Of a DNA stretch of 64,000 nucleotides, positions 38,490-50,754 are shown one piece after another. Below the pieces are notes generated by a model, which saw nothing but the letters and a program-made list of their open reading frames with translations, had not been told where the DNA came from and did not search any database. Positions within the stretch are counted from its first letter, which is position 1; each line of letters starts with the position of its first letter. This DNA is from Priapulus caudatus (taxonomy: Eukaryota): assembly GCF_000485595.1 (NCBI RefSeq), contig NW_014577083.1, forward strand, positions 23,196 to 87,195, read 5' to 3'. The position numbers and the translations under genes are program-made.

Positions 38490-39444
38490 AGACTCATGTG
38501 TAGATTGTGCAAGAGTACTCATGTGTAAGAGTTGCAATCAATAATCTACAAGCGCTTTCTTTGGCTGGTTTGTGAAATAGTTTTCTCATGTGTATGTGCG
38601 TGTGCGCATGCAGCTATGCAGCTTTTAAATAATATAAATACAACGTAGTTTCTACTTAGCGTTCGCTTTAATGGGTCAGTCGCGAATAGCGTTTGAATAG
38701 TCGAATACATCGCGACTGGGCGGTTGCTGTTTACATGCACCGTATGACGTCATGACCAGGGAACTTGCATTGCCTATATAACATTCTCCCTAACGATAGC
38801 TGTTACAAGGCAGCTGGAAATCTATGGTACAGTGGCTGTAGGAAACTCGGGAACTGACTCGCTCTATCTGCTAAAGTCGGCTGTGGTAGTCATGTAATAG
38901 TGACTGGTAGAGAAGGAATGCTGCATGCATATTTGGAGATGGATGCATGGCACTTCTGTGACAGCGTGTAATGAACAGCATTCCAGGCTCATAGTGAAGC
39001 CCTTCTCAAACTCCATCCATGTGTTCGTGCAACACGATGGACAACAACGATGATTTTTAATTGCATAGCCATTCCGAAATTTAGACCGTTAAGTGTCACC
39101 CTGATCACTTTTTTGACCCACGCCCTCACCGCATGGTGTAATCAGGAGTGTATAATATAGACTAATATGGTGTATAATATAGTATATAATATAATGTATA
39201 CTAATGAACAACTGCGTGGCCTCACCAGATATGACATGTTGCTGCATATCCACCATCTCACGTAGATGAACGGATGCCGATAGTATACTATAGTATTATT
39301 AGTATATAATATAATGTATGATATAGTCTATATTATACCCTCCTGGTTTAATAGCTGGCAACGTCACTAGGGCTTCTGTTTTTCTGCTGTGCTGCATGCT
39401 TTGCTAGCAGCTAGACTGATTCTATGCCACTTTCATTCTTGCAG

Positions 39445-39591
39445 AGTCTTTCCGAGCGTTACCGAGCAAGATTTGCGTCTGACCCCTCGCCTGCGTCCTC
39501 CGAGCGCGCCACTCCAGCTTCCAGACCGGTTAGCAGTAGCTTATCCAGCTACGAGCAAATAGAAAATGAATCGAAGAAAGACTACAAGAAG
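39445..39591 (+). CDS. PPP1R12A: MYPT exon 16 (ends DYKK, start of C-terminal coiled coil)
   Basis: ttgcag|SLSERYRARFASDPSPAS...ENESKKDYKK|gtaaga; 147 nt; DYKK|LYE junction is typical of MYPT proteins. Confidence 0.9.
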
Positions 39592-40266
39592 GTAAGAGTC
39601 TTTTGCGTTTTGATGTGGATTGCATTCGGCAGAAAGTAAGGGTGAAACTATTCTTTCTTATGAACTTATGGGGGGAGTGTTATGAAGAGTTAGGTGTGTC
39701 TGGAAAGAAGAAATTTCTACTTGAAGTGCTTTTTTCTGCTTTATACTATTGTGGTCATGTGTCTACCACATCTTTCCACCTAGTCTCTAAGCTTCATGTA
39801 TAAACTATGTTGAAGAATAAGATAAAATATAAAAAGGATGATCAATATTAAAAGGCCTAGAACTATTCTAAAACTACTTCTGCAACAATAAATATTACGA
39901 GTGGTGGAACGAGTGGTGGTTTTACAATGCCAAATTCTGTTTTCCACTGAGATTCACGATTGTTGCTGGAGAATGATTGCGTGGGACAATCTGCCACATT
40001 TAGCACCCACTTTCCATACTGTTTACATATTTTTGTTCTCCGGCGCTGCAAATGATGTCCAGAAAAACAGGGTGTTAGCTGATACTAAAGTGATACCACC
40101 CTCTCGTAGTGTACGATCTAGACGCGAATTCTACATACAAAAAATTCACTTGGCATGAGATCCCCGTGCAACAGCTCCTAGTGAGATATCCTAGCTCCTA
40201 GTGTATCTCATTGTAGTGACTACTATCTGCGTGGGGTTACAGCATTGGTGTAATCTAGTCTACTTA

Positions 40267-40666
40267 AGCGGGGGACACACTATGCGAATTTCACCGCGAT
40301 CAGATCCGCACCCGCATGCGATAAATTGAGCGGACACACTACACGCGATCTATTGTCGCCACACGGCTCCAGCCATGGCTGCAACAGTCATGTGATCTCT
40401 GGTGAAAGATGGCACGTGATTAGCATACTGATCAATGATTCGCTGCATTATAACATCGGCCGGCTCGATTTTCGCTTCCACGGACACAATGCGAATCTGT
40501 ACGCAGCGATAAAAATTCGCAGCGAAAATATCAAACATGTTTGATAGCTGCGAATTTCGGTGCGGATAATATTCGCCAGCGCTTGAGCGCACACACTATG
40601 CGAATTTTGCTGCGATTTTAACAATCGCTGCTGTCGTGCGAATAAATTCGCATGGTGTCCCCTGCT
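40267..40666. mobile_element. PIF/Harbinger-like MITE
   Basis: TTA|agcgggggacacactatgcgaattt ... aaattcgcatggtgtcccctgct|TTA. Confidence 0.75.
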
Positions 40667-40861
40667 TTATCCACCAGCTCCACAGACGTTTAAGAGGGCT
40701 GGTTTGGCTGATCATTATCATCGCATTGTGATCAGTGATTCAATGACATTATCAGTTCATAATTAGGTAATTACCCTTACAAAAATTTAAGCAATCCACA
40801 AGCGATCGAACACATCGATTGCTTGTCGATTGCTTAATAAGCAATCTCATCCTATATCAGC

Positions 40862-41169
40862 ATTAATCAGCATGTATTTTTGGGATAATAATCTATCATG
40901 CAGTTGTGTTTAAATTAATTCATAATTTGAGGAATATATTTTGAGCAAGTTGATGTAAATGAAACTGTTCGCAGCTTCTTCGCTGAAACCACGTAACTGT
41001 GCAGCAGCAGAAATTTTGAATAGAATGATACTGTAAGTACCAATGAGCGTTACACAGAGGTGTATATGGTTTACCAACTTATTACTCAAAATATATTTCT
41101 TGAAATTATAAATTAATTTAAAAACAACTGCATAATAGATTATTATCCCAAAAATATATGCTGATTAAT
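40862..41169. mobile_element. AT-rich foldback element
   Basis: ~80-bp imperfect arms attaatcagcatgtattttttgggataataatcta / tagattattatcccaaaaatatatgctgattaat. Confidence 0.6.
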
Positions 41170-44100
41170 ACAATTCTACATTAGCTCGTTATATGGAGTT
41201 TTCCGTGGCTAGTCTCATGCGTCAGTATGCACATAATGTCTCTATGACGTCTATTGATTCACTCGTTACCTCGCTGCTAAGTAGATATCGTTAACTATGC
41301 AACATGTATCATTATAAAAGTGTCTGGTGTGTCCCGAGCTCTGACGATTAAAGCTGCTAGTATCGGAATGATTAGCGAATGCAAGCGTATGCGAGTTTTT
41401 TGGCACACACGTCTGTTTCGGTATCTTCGTTTACTGAAGCCCTGCTTGGATCTTTTTCTGTCGAACCGCGCGTGCCGATGATTTCACTGCCTTATAGCAA
41501 GTTCTAGTATGCCTGGAAATAGGTAGTGATCTAGATAGTGACAGAAAAAACAAGATTCAATAGCTATGTATGTGAGATAGATGTAAATTGATGCAATAGA
41601 TGTTCATATTTTTTCGTGTCATTTGCCACGAAACATTGCGCAGTTAATATTTTTTGCTACTGCGTTTGTAAAGAAGGAGTGGGGGGAATGTAGAAGCTAT
41701 TCCACAAGCGTCAGGCATGGTGGGCGAGTGATGGATGATATAGAAGGACTGATGGATGACGTGACAGCCGAATCCGCATAAATATGAAAGCATAAACGAA
41801 ATATGAGTGTTTTCTTATTTATTAAACATTAAACAGAAAATATAGAAAAATTAATCTCTCTTCATCATCACCTAGATCTCAAGCGCTTCTTCTTGCCTTG
41901 CTCAAACCTAGCTGCGTCATATATATTATTTATTGGTACCTGACATAATATGACATTATAAATCTGAAGAAGATTACAGTAACATAAAGTTATCTATACC
42001 TTAGTTTGTGGCAACGTATATAAACTTTTTAACCAGAAAATTGCTCATCTGATTTCATGTTATTTGAAGAACTTGTTTGTAAAAACAGTTTCCCCTTGGC
42101 CCCGACATAAAGTCTAGCATGCAACGAAATGTAAATTGATTTGCTCATCCCGTATATAGTTATATCTCGTTATTTCGATGAACTCAGAGAAGGTGTGTGT
42201 TGCTGTGAAGCCATGCTCACTAGATGAGTCATCTTTTGAGTGCTGAGGATGAGGATGCGAGGGAAGCTGTGATGTCACGTGCAGGCATGCCGCCAATTAT
42301 ACATGCGCCTATGTTGTTTTTCAGCGCTACGCGTGCCCACACAGAGTGCTTTTAATTCAGGCTACCAAAAATGGAGTCCATGTCTGGGTATCGGATTCGT
42401 GCCGGATCGGCCCATTCACCGTGTCGGGGGTGGGGGTGGGGGAGTGCGCGCTCCGGGGTGGGCGCATGATGGAGCGTAACAGCAGCGTAATGGACACGTG
42501 CCGCTGGTTTATCCAAATATTTTGTGCGGTGAGAAGCTGTGATGTAGTCGAGATTGCGAGAGTGCTCACTGCCGCCGACCAGACCGCGTAGGAGAGTGAG
42601 CGCAGCGTCGGTATACAATCAGCAGTATGATAGAGACCGCACACATTCACGCCTGATTAGCTGCTGGCGAAACTTCGTACTGGCAATAAATTAGTACAAA
42701 TTACTCGTGGATGCGACAGTGTGAGCGTACACGCCCGAATCGCGTAAAAACTTGATCACGAGTTCGTCTCTGGGTCCGTGTGTATGACGTGTTTTATCAG
42801 GCGTGTATAATATAGAGTATATAATATAGAGTATATAAGAATCTCTATATTATACACTCCTGGTGTTATCGTACGCTGGTTGCGAGGCTGTGTATATGGT
42901 CGGTATATGATTGCGAGTGATTATAATTACTCGTCGCCATATTTCACCCCCCCCCCCGTCGTTGAGATCCTTTGTCATTATCAGGTGTAATAATGACAAA
43001 TATGACATTTTTTTTTGTTTTATTATTTTATTTATTATATTTGTTATTGTATATGCGCCGTATATATATATATACCGCAAAACGGGCGTTACTGATAAAA
43101 AATTCAGTTGTCATAAAAATTATGATGGTGATTGCAATTATGCACACGTAAAATGTCTCACCTCAGTTCAGTCTGTCCCCGTGATACTGGTCTTACTGCA
43201 TGACGTTATGTTTTCTACAGATTCAACGAGATTTATTGGTTAAAGTCTATAAAATTAATTGTTTTCTTGTCTTAAATCACATTTTGGTTTTTTGATATCG
43301 TAGGACATTCCACATTCGTTTTTCGTTTTTCTAGCTTCTGGCTTTTGGATGAGTATTGTACGTGCGTGGGAATAAGTGGTTTCGATCTTTCTTGCTTACC
43401 ATTTCTTGCAATTCACGCGCTCGTATGTTGATTTTTGTTTGTGGTTAAATAGCAGGATTAAAATTGTTTTCAAACTGCCACACAATAAACATTTACCAAT
43501 ATTGCACCATTTAGGACAGTGATATTTTACAAGAATATCAGTTAATTGCGCGTTTATAGCCGTGTTTTGTGTTGTGTATACTTAGACAAACAGCAACAAA
43601 GATTTGCACATCTGGTTTTCGCCGTTTGTAGTATTTGGCCCAAGAGTGTATATAATCAATTGAGAAGGTAAATCGTCTGCCAGTTCGAATTCTTCATAAC
43701 GAAACATTCCACGTTGGTGGAATACGGGTTTGTGGTGAGAACAACGCACGTTGATTTTTGTGAAGTTTAGTTAATAGTTGAATTTTTTAATGACAGCAAA
43801 AAAATGATACTGTGTATATGCGAGCTGGGGCTGCTTTATTGGATCATCACCACGAGTTAGTATAATTTAATTCTTAGAAATGAACGTTGTTATTGAGCGA
43901 TCTAAATAACCATAATCAATGTGCTTCACAATTTACCAATACTCGTGTTCGGATGATCATTCTTTTGTCTTACATAAGATAGCTAAGGTGCCCTCTTAGC
44001 CTTTTTCATCGCGATTTTACAGCGAAGTCGTGACTTTTAATTTGGCAGTACGTACACGCTGTATAAAGCTGGAGATATCGGGTCAGAATAACCGAAAAAC

Positions 44101-44608
44101 TATATAGCAAAGAAGACGGACAATAGTTTTCAGAGAATTCACAGAAAATATTGAGGGTTGCAATTGCGTGCGGTAGAGTTTAGTAACACTAGCTGTGATT
44201 CAACAATAAAGACACCTGATAAATTAACTCGTTCGTATATACATGCTGATGTAAGCTATGCTCCGTACATGCCACCCTATAGAATGTGCATCACCGCATG
44301 TTGCTACACCGACGCATGACTGTCAACAGCCACCATGCTTCAAGCGTTCATATTTACCATTTATGTTTACAGTAATTCTCTCTCATATCAGAATTCCCAC
44401 AAATACATGGGGAGGGTATTGAGGAATGTGTGTTTCGTCACTATATAGATATTAACTGTCGATATGTGAATGCGCAGCTGTACTTGTTTACTATCAATAG
44501 ATAATAATACATGTGTATTGTTACAATACATGCACAATGTATTATTCGCGCTTGTTAATAGTATCTATACTCAATCTGTGAAGCGGTGATGACGCATANN
44601 NNNNNNNN

Positions 44609-44649
44609 TACTACTACTGCTACTGCTACTGCTACTGCTACTGCTACTG

Positions 44650-44681
<32 letters not shown>

Positions 44682-44685
44682 ACTG

Positions 44686-44726
<41 letters not shown>

Positions 44727-44798
44727 GCGAATATGACTACAGCTACTGCTACTACTACTTCTACTGCTGCTGCTGCTGCTACTGCTACTGCTAGTGGC

Positions 44799-44829
<31 letters not shown>

Positions 44830-44843
44830 CTACTGCTAGTGGC

Positions 44844-44875
<32 letters not shown>

Positions 44876-44905
44876 GAATATGACGACAGCTATTGCTACT
44901 ACGAC
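44609..44905. repeat. (GCT/ACT)n trinucleotide microsatellite
   Basis: seen directly; source of the poly-Ala/Thr ORF. Confidence 0.95.
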
Positions 44906-45114
44906 TGGAAATCCCGCGTACTACTACAGCATCCTATCGTGGAGTGATATATGTGATAGGAGGAGCGAGGAAGTAGTTAGGCTAACTTCATCTAACAGGA
45001 TTTCAAGCGGCGTCAGGGGGCTGCAGACCGGGTCGGGGAGGCGCGTACGCGCGCATCCACATGCTATTTGTTTTCAAACGCGGCAGCCGCTGCCCTACAT
45101 GTGTTCCTTTCCCG

Positions 45115-45218
45115 CTAAAAATAGCTCGCCGGCGTCTGGTGTGTGTTGCAGCTGGCTGGCATTAGGGCTTCGCAGTGCCTTGCTTCTTCCACCCGTACGT
45201 CCGGCATTCCTTTCAGTC
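45115..45218 (+). promoter_or_regulatory. candidate muscle enhancer/internal promoter: MEF2 + E-box + M-CAT cluster
   Basis: CTAAAAATAG (MEF2) 45115-45124, CAGCTG (E-box) 45149-45154, CATTCCT (M-CAT/TEAD) 45205-45211, Inr-like TCAGTC 45213-45218, all within a CpG-rich stretch (~45000-45800). Confidence 0.55.
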
Positions 45219-45813
45219 TGCGCCATCTCGTCTTGCGCGTACGGTGGCGCCACCAGCGGTTGCTCCTCGCAGCACTCGGGCTGGCTGCGTGCACGCTACG
45301 CGGTACTGTTCGCGCGCGCTTACAGCGGCTGCACACGTCACGGGGTATGAACACGTTACCCAGGTGTTGTTAATTTCGCGCGTCGTACTTTGCGAGTGCA
45401 CAAGGTGTTGCTACGGTCATAAGCTGCTATTGGACCGAATGAAGACACGTGCTTTTGTTTGGCATCGAGACCGTCATTGCGTTAGCGTGTACGCAGCTTG
45501 ACTCGAGCCACGATACATGGATTGTCAGTTATAGCGTACTGTCAGTGATTTCTGAGGCTGTTTCGTCGAGTGCTTATTAATTCCACGCATCGGACGCGAG
45601 GGACCTGACAAAAAACGAGTTTCGGATAATATAACCAACATCGAAAAATCAATAACGTGCATCATATATTATCAAGCTTGCAGTGTAGTGCTTGCTAACG
45701 GTGTAGCGTGCGTGACCACACACACGCACACGGCTCCGGACGGCGTGGATCGGGGCCAGAGTGCATCCCGGCCTCCAGTCCCGTGTCACAGTTGCTAGCA
45801 TCACCGCTTGACC

Positions 45814-46284
45814 ATGTCGTACGGCCGCTACGGTCTAGGTTCGTCGTACGGGACGGGGAATACATCCAACAAGTACTCACCCAGCAGCTACGGCAGCAGT
45901 AACTACGGCAGCGGCGGCAGCGGTAACAACTACGGCAGCAGCAGCTATGGCAGCGGCAACTACGGCAGCAGCAACTACGGCAGCGGCGGTGGTTACGGCT
46001 CGAAGGCCACCGGCGGCGGCTACTCTAGTCCACTGCTGTCCAGTCTCGGCTCGGGCACGCGCTCGTCGGGCTATAGCAGTCCGTACAGCAGCGGATACAG
46101 CACGCCCAAGTCTAACTCTGGCTACTCGACGCCGACAAACTACGGCTCGTCGTCGCTGTACGGCTCGACGTCGAGTCCCGCAAAGTCACTGAGCGGCGGT
46201 TACACGCCCTACTCCGCCTACGAGAGAGGCTCGGCTCTGTCGAAAGACGCGAGTCCCAGCTATTCGGGATTTGGTTCTGCTAGT
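45814..46284 (+). CDS. PPP1R12A: alternative first coding exon of a short MYPT isoform: 157-aa Gly/Ser/Tyr-rich low-complexity domain
   Basis: ACCATG start with in-frame TAG upstream (45796); strong C-ending codon bias; AGT|gtaagc phase-0 donor compatible with exon 17. Confidence 0.78.
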
Positions 46285-46339
46285 GTAAGCGTTTTTAGTT
46301 TCTCGCTCCTCTCTGGTGTCGTAAATTAAGGGTGTTGGG

Positions 46340-46760
46340 GTGGTAGGGTGTGAGCGTTGGACGGAGGTTAGTGTGCGAGGGGGTAGGGTGTGTGTGGAGG
46401 GGGGTTAGGGTGTGCTTGGTAGGGTGTGAGCGTTGGACGGAGGTTATAGTGTGCGAGGGGGTAGAGTGTGTGTGGAGGGGGGTTAGGGTGTGGTTGGTAG
46501 GGTGTGAGCGTTGGACGGAGGTTAGTGTGCGAGGGGAGTAGGGTGTGTGATGTAGTGTGTGTGTGGAGGGGGGGTTAAGGGGGAGGGGGTAGTGTGTATG
46601 TGCGAGGGGGTTAGGGTGTGTGACGTAGTGTGTGTGTGTGGGGGGGAGGGTTAGGGTGGAGGTGGTGGAGTGTGATGGGGTTAGTGCATATGCAGCAGAG
46701 TGTGAAGAGAGTTAGGGTGTGGATGGTAGGGTGTTAGAGTGTATCAGGGTAAGGGCATGG
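46340..46760 (+). repeat. G/T-rich minisatellite-like tract
   Basis: recurring gtagggtgtgagcgttggacggaggtta and many GGG runs. Confidence 0.8.
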
Positions 46761-47634
46761 GTGATGTTAGGGGCGGGGTTCAGACGTGAGTGGTATAGGG
46801 TGTTGGAATGTGGGTGACCGAGTTTTGAATTGATGGGGATGTGGGTGGTGCAGACCACTGTAGGGGTGGCACCAGATCCAAGCGGCTGTCGTCCTTAGAC
46901 CTAGGGGTGGGGGACTCGCATTGCAAGTTGTCAAACTCTGTACAAAACTAAGGTTTTCCCCTAATTTGAAATTTATAAAAATGGTATCTTTAGCGTTTTT
47001 AACGGGAAATTATTACCACAACCATAACTATTGTATGTAATATATAATATAATGTGTACATATATTAATACATACATACATAATGTAATGTGTTAAAATA
47101 TAATGTAATATAGTAATATATGCTATGTACAGATGAATCAGCCCTTCATCATGGTGATTGGTTTCAAAAGTATTACTGCGACTATAGCGCAACGGTATAA
47201 CAGATAAAAAGCAACTGCAATTTTTTTAAAGATCGTTCGCGCTGAAGCACTACTGTTTTTTCCTGCGGGGGCAAAGCCTACCCGGTGGGGAAGCTGTAGC
47301 ACTCACCCCTTGCACTTCCTCTGGCGTGGTGGGATGCTGGGTTGGAGAGTTGGCTTCTAGATGTAGGTACTTGACGGTGAAGTGGGCGGTGGTTATGTAG
47401 GTGAGGGGGTGTGCGGGCGTTGGTGGGGATGGTAGTTGGAGAGTTGGCTTCTAGATGTAGGTACTTGACGGTGAAGTGGGCGGTGGTTATGTAGGTGAGG
47501 GGGTGTGCGGGCGTTGGTGGGGATGGTAGGGGTAGTGCAGTGGTTATAGGTAGATAAGTGGGGCGGGGCGTTGGTGGGATGGTAGGAGTAGTGCAGTGGT
47601 TATGTAGGTGAGGGGGAGTCGGGGCGTTGGTGGT

Positions 47635-47872
47635 AAGCAATCGACAAGCAATCGAGACTGATCCTAAGCAATCGACAAGCAATCGAGACTGATCTTAAGC
47701 AATCGACAAGCAATTGAGACTGATCCTAAGCAATCGACAAGCAATCGAGACTGATCCTAAGCAATCGACAAGCAATCGAGACTGATCCTAAGCAATCGAG
47801 ACTGATCCTAAGCAATCGACAAGCAATCGAGACTGATCAACAAGACTGATCTTAAGCAATCGAGACTGATCC
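47635..47872. repeat. 31-bp minisatellite
   Basis: unit aagcaatcgacaagcaatcgagactgatcct, head-to-tail with no spacers. Confidence 0.9.
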
Positions 47873-48051
47873 TATATCAGGAGTGAATAATGACAGAATT
47901 GTCATGAATTTGTCATTGAATTGAAATTGTCATTGAACTTGTCAATGAAAATTTGACAGTATTCACCCCTGGTAATATGAACAGCACTTTACAATGCCCA
48001 GGGTTGCTCAAGTATCGAATGATCTGATGTTTACTCTTGGTCGTGCTGCAG

Positions 48052-48150
48052 TTGTACGAAGAAGAGAAACGAACGAACGAAGACTTGAAAGATAAGCTAC
48101 GAACTACCGATGCTGATCTTCAAGCGGTCAAAAAGCAACTTGAAGAGTTG
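48052..48150 (+). CDS. PPP1R12A: MYPT exon 17 (coiled coil)
   Basis: ctgcag|LYEEEKRTNEDLKDKLRTTDADLQAVKKQLEEL|gtaagc; 99 nt. Confidence 0.93.
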
Positions 48151-48292
48151 GTAAGCAGTTCTGCTGGTAAAGTTGCTCGATACCTACGTGGTTATTTTAG
48201 TCGGCACTCTCATTTTCCTGGCCCAGTTTTTACCGTGTTATTTTCGGGAGTTTTTTGTCTAACCGGTGTTTTTTTTCTTGCCACTGTTTCAG

Positions 48293-48328
48293 TTGCGAAA
48301 TGGAGACGCTGGAGGATTGGACGTGAAG
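48293..48328 (+). CDS. PPP1R12A: MYPT exon 18
   Basis: strong polypyrimidine tract, tttcag|LRNGDAGGLDVK|gtaagc; 36 nt, phase 0-0. Confidence 0.82.
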
Positions 48329-48703
48329 GTAAGCAGACACGCTTGTGTTTATTTCTTTGGCTAATAGCTAGTATTCTTGCAAATGCGGTATAACCAGTGT
48401 ATCCTATTACAGCTCACTAAATATATATATGCTGTCTGAGTGAGTGGTCGTTGATAGTGCTGTGCCTGATTGATTGCTTGGTTGGTCTTCTTCTTCATTA
48501 GAGAACACTATTACTGAGATAGTGGCATCTTTCTATGATGCTTCACTAATAATAGCTTCGAGTTGAAAGGTTTAAGTGCGCTTCATAGGTTTGTCTTGTT
48601 GCGATAGTTGCGGTGTGTATAGAACCGGAGATAGCCACTGTGTGGTGTTCATGTGTAGTTGCTAATGGGGGGAAATGGGTAATCTTCGATTTTTTCTCTA
48701 CAG

Positions 48704-48754
48704 GACAAAAGAATCACGGAGAAAAAGATGTCAGAATTGGAGGAGGAAGTGAAG
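48704..48754 (+). CDS. PPP1R12A: MYPT exon 19 (coiled coil)
   Basis: ctacag|DKRITEKKMSELEEEVK|gtgagc; 51 nt; resembles vertebrate ERRALERRISEMEEELK. Confidence 0.92.
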
Positions 48755-48935
48755 GTGAGCTGCAAATACAGGTTATGGTAATGTATAGAATATAGTTTAC
48801 ATGCTACCCTGTACTTCATCCGGTTCATATATCGGGGACCATTCACTCCCTTTGCTAAAATGGATTTTATTTATACAGGTGAACACTGTTCTGACATTTT
48901 GTTTTGTTTTGATGTCAAAAACCTTCTTGTTTCAG

Positions 48936-49022
48936 CAATTGGAAAAATTAAAAGCTGAAAATACGAAATTGAAAGAGGAAAATAGGGCGCTGACGCGAGT
49001 GGTGTCAAAACTTTCCAAGTAA
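48936..49022 (+). CDS. PPP1R12A: MYPT terminal exon 20a (leucine zipper A)
   Basis: tttcag|QLEKLKAENTKLKEENRALTRVVSKLSK*; 87 nt. Confidence 0.92.
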   Translation, partial: QLEKLKAENTKLKEENRALTRVVSKLSK

Positions 49023-50754
49023 CTGGTAAATGTAGTGCTAAATGATGTAATGTTGGCATGAAGAAGTTTCCACGCATAGAGGCTATATAACAGCATGTCC
49101 CTGCCTCAATGTCTGACGCTTGCACGCATATCAGAGTCCCGTACAAACACCAACCAAACAACTAACAACGGATTTTTCGTGAAAACGAACAGGTTTTGTG
49201 GATTAAAATGATGCAAGTTGGTTGAAAATATTACTGCCTCACGTCTACATAATATAACAGCGGCCGGGTTCATTAGTGAATTATTCAATTAGTGAAATCC
49301 TTGCAACTTAAATTCTGCGCATTTTTGAATAGCAACACCCAGCCGAGTCGACCGTCCCGAATCGGCCATCAGTTTTAGTCATCGGGCAAAACTGGAAAAT
49401 TTTCCTTGAACGGTTTTCGAACGAACATGAGTTATATATAAACTCGAGGTGATATAGGCAGCTGTCAACTAGTAAGTCTGCACTTGGTATAAGCAGAGCA
49501 GAAATCTCTGTGAAACAGATATAGCTGTAATTATTTGCAGGGCATTCCCAAGTGCTGACATCGCTACCACGACCCTGAATTAACCGACAAATCTCTAATA
49601 ATAGTCCGAACCTTAACCAGCAGTTTTGCAATAATGATATCAGTTATGATGTGCATTCTGAACAGGAATTCCTCCGTTGCATCTTAATTTCTAAAACGAC
49701 TGTGGTCCATCTCTGGTAGCAAACGTGTTCATGTTAATAGAGACAAAGGTCACAGTATTTTGCTGTGTGCGTGCGTTTGTGCGCGTGTGCGGCCGTACGT
49801 GTGCATGCACGTGTGCGGCCGTACGTGTGCATGCACGTGTGCCAATACTTGTATACATAACCAACCATTAAGTTGTCTGTCAGTTGCCTATGCTTATCCA
49901 GGAGCTTAACCCTGTTCATATGTTGTGTATTTTGCTTGCTTTGTTACCGTTCTGGTACAGGTTGCTATCAGAACATTTTGTGGAGTTCATACTGTTTGGA
50001 CTTCTTGTTATTTCTGTTTGGATTTTGCTTACAACATCTATATTCTAATTCATTTAGTTCATGTGTGCGATAGTATTTGTACGTGTGTGCGTGCATGTGC
50101 GTGTTTGTGAATGTGTGCATCAGTGTGCTTTTATGTATGTGAGTGCTCAACTGCATACGTGTTCGCGTGCATGCGTGCGTTCGTGCCTGCGTGCCTTCGT
50201 GAGTGTGCGTGCCTTCGTGTGTGTGTGCGTGTCTTCGTGTGTGCGTGCGTGCCTTCGTGTGTGTGTGTGCGTGCCTTCGTGAGTGTGCGTGCCTTCGTGT
50301 GTGCGTGCGTGCATTAGGATATATGGAAGTGTGAAACGTGTGTGAAATATCTGCTGTAAATGAAAACTATTTCATGTTTCCTTCAATGCTTGTGTTATTA
50401 TTATGCAAAATTATGCTTTGCAAAAGTCTACTTTGCAAAAGAAAAAGCAAATTTAAATTGCATTCGTAAACTGACTTTATATAATATCATAATCCATAAT
50501 CATCAAATATTAGTGTAAATTTAGGTGAATTGGATGGTCAATGCATTATTTACTGTTTCTTTGTAAAAATCCAAGCTTTCCTAAACCCCCAATTAATTTG
50601 ATCTATAAAAGCATCTATGTATCTGTTCTGTGTATGAAGTGCAATATTATCACATGAATATATATAATGCACTCTTATGTTGATATCTATGTATTAGATC
50701 TTACTACAGGTGTTTAGAGAGGGTCTATAATATACTACATTTGTTTGATTTCAG

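Noticed and set aside
44586..45350. 254-aa Ala/Thr-rich ORF resembling an antifreeze glycoprotein or mucin
   Set aside because: Trinucleotide microsatellite beside a gap followed by GC-rich promoter-like DNA; no supported start or splice sites
47635..47872. CRISPR-like array of ~31-bp repeats
   Set aside because: Units are head-to-tail with no unique spacers, no cas genes are present and the context is a eukaryotic intron; it is a minisatellite
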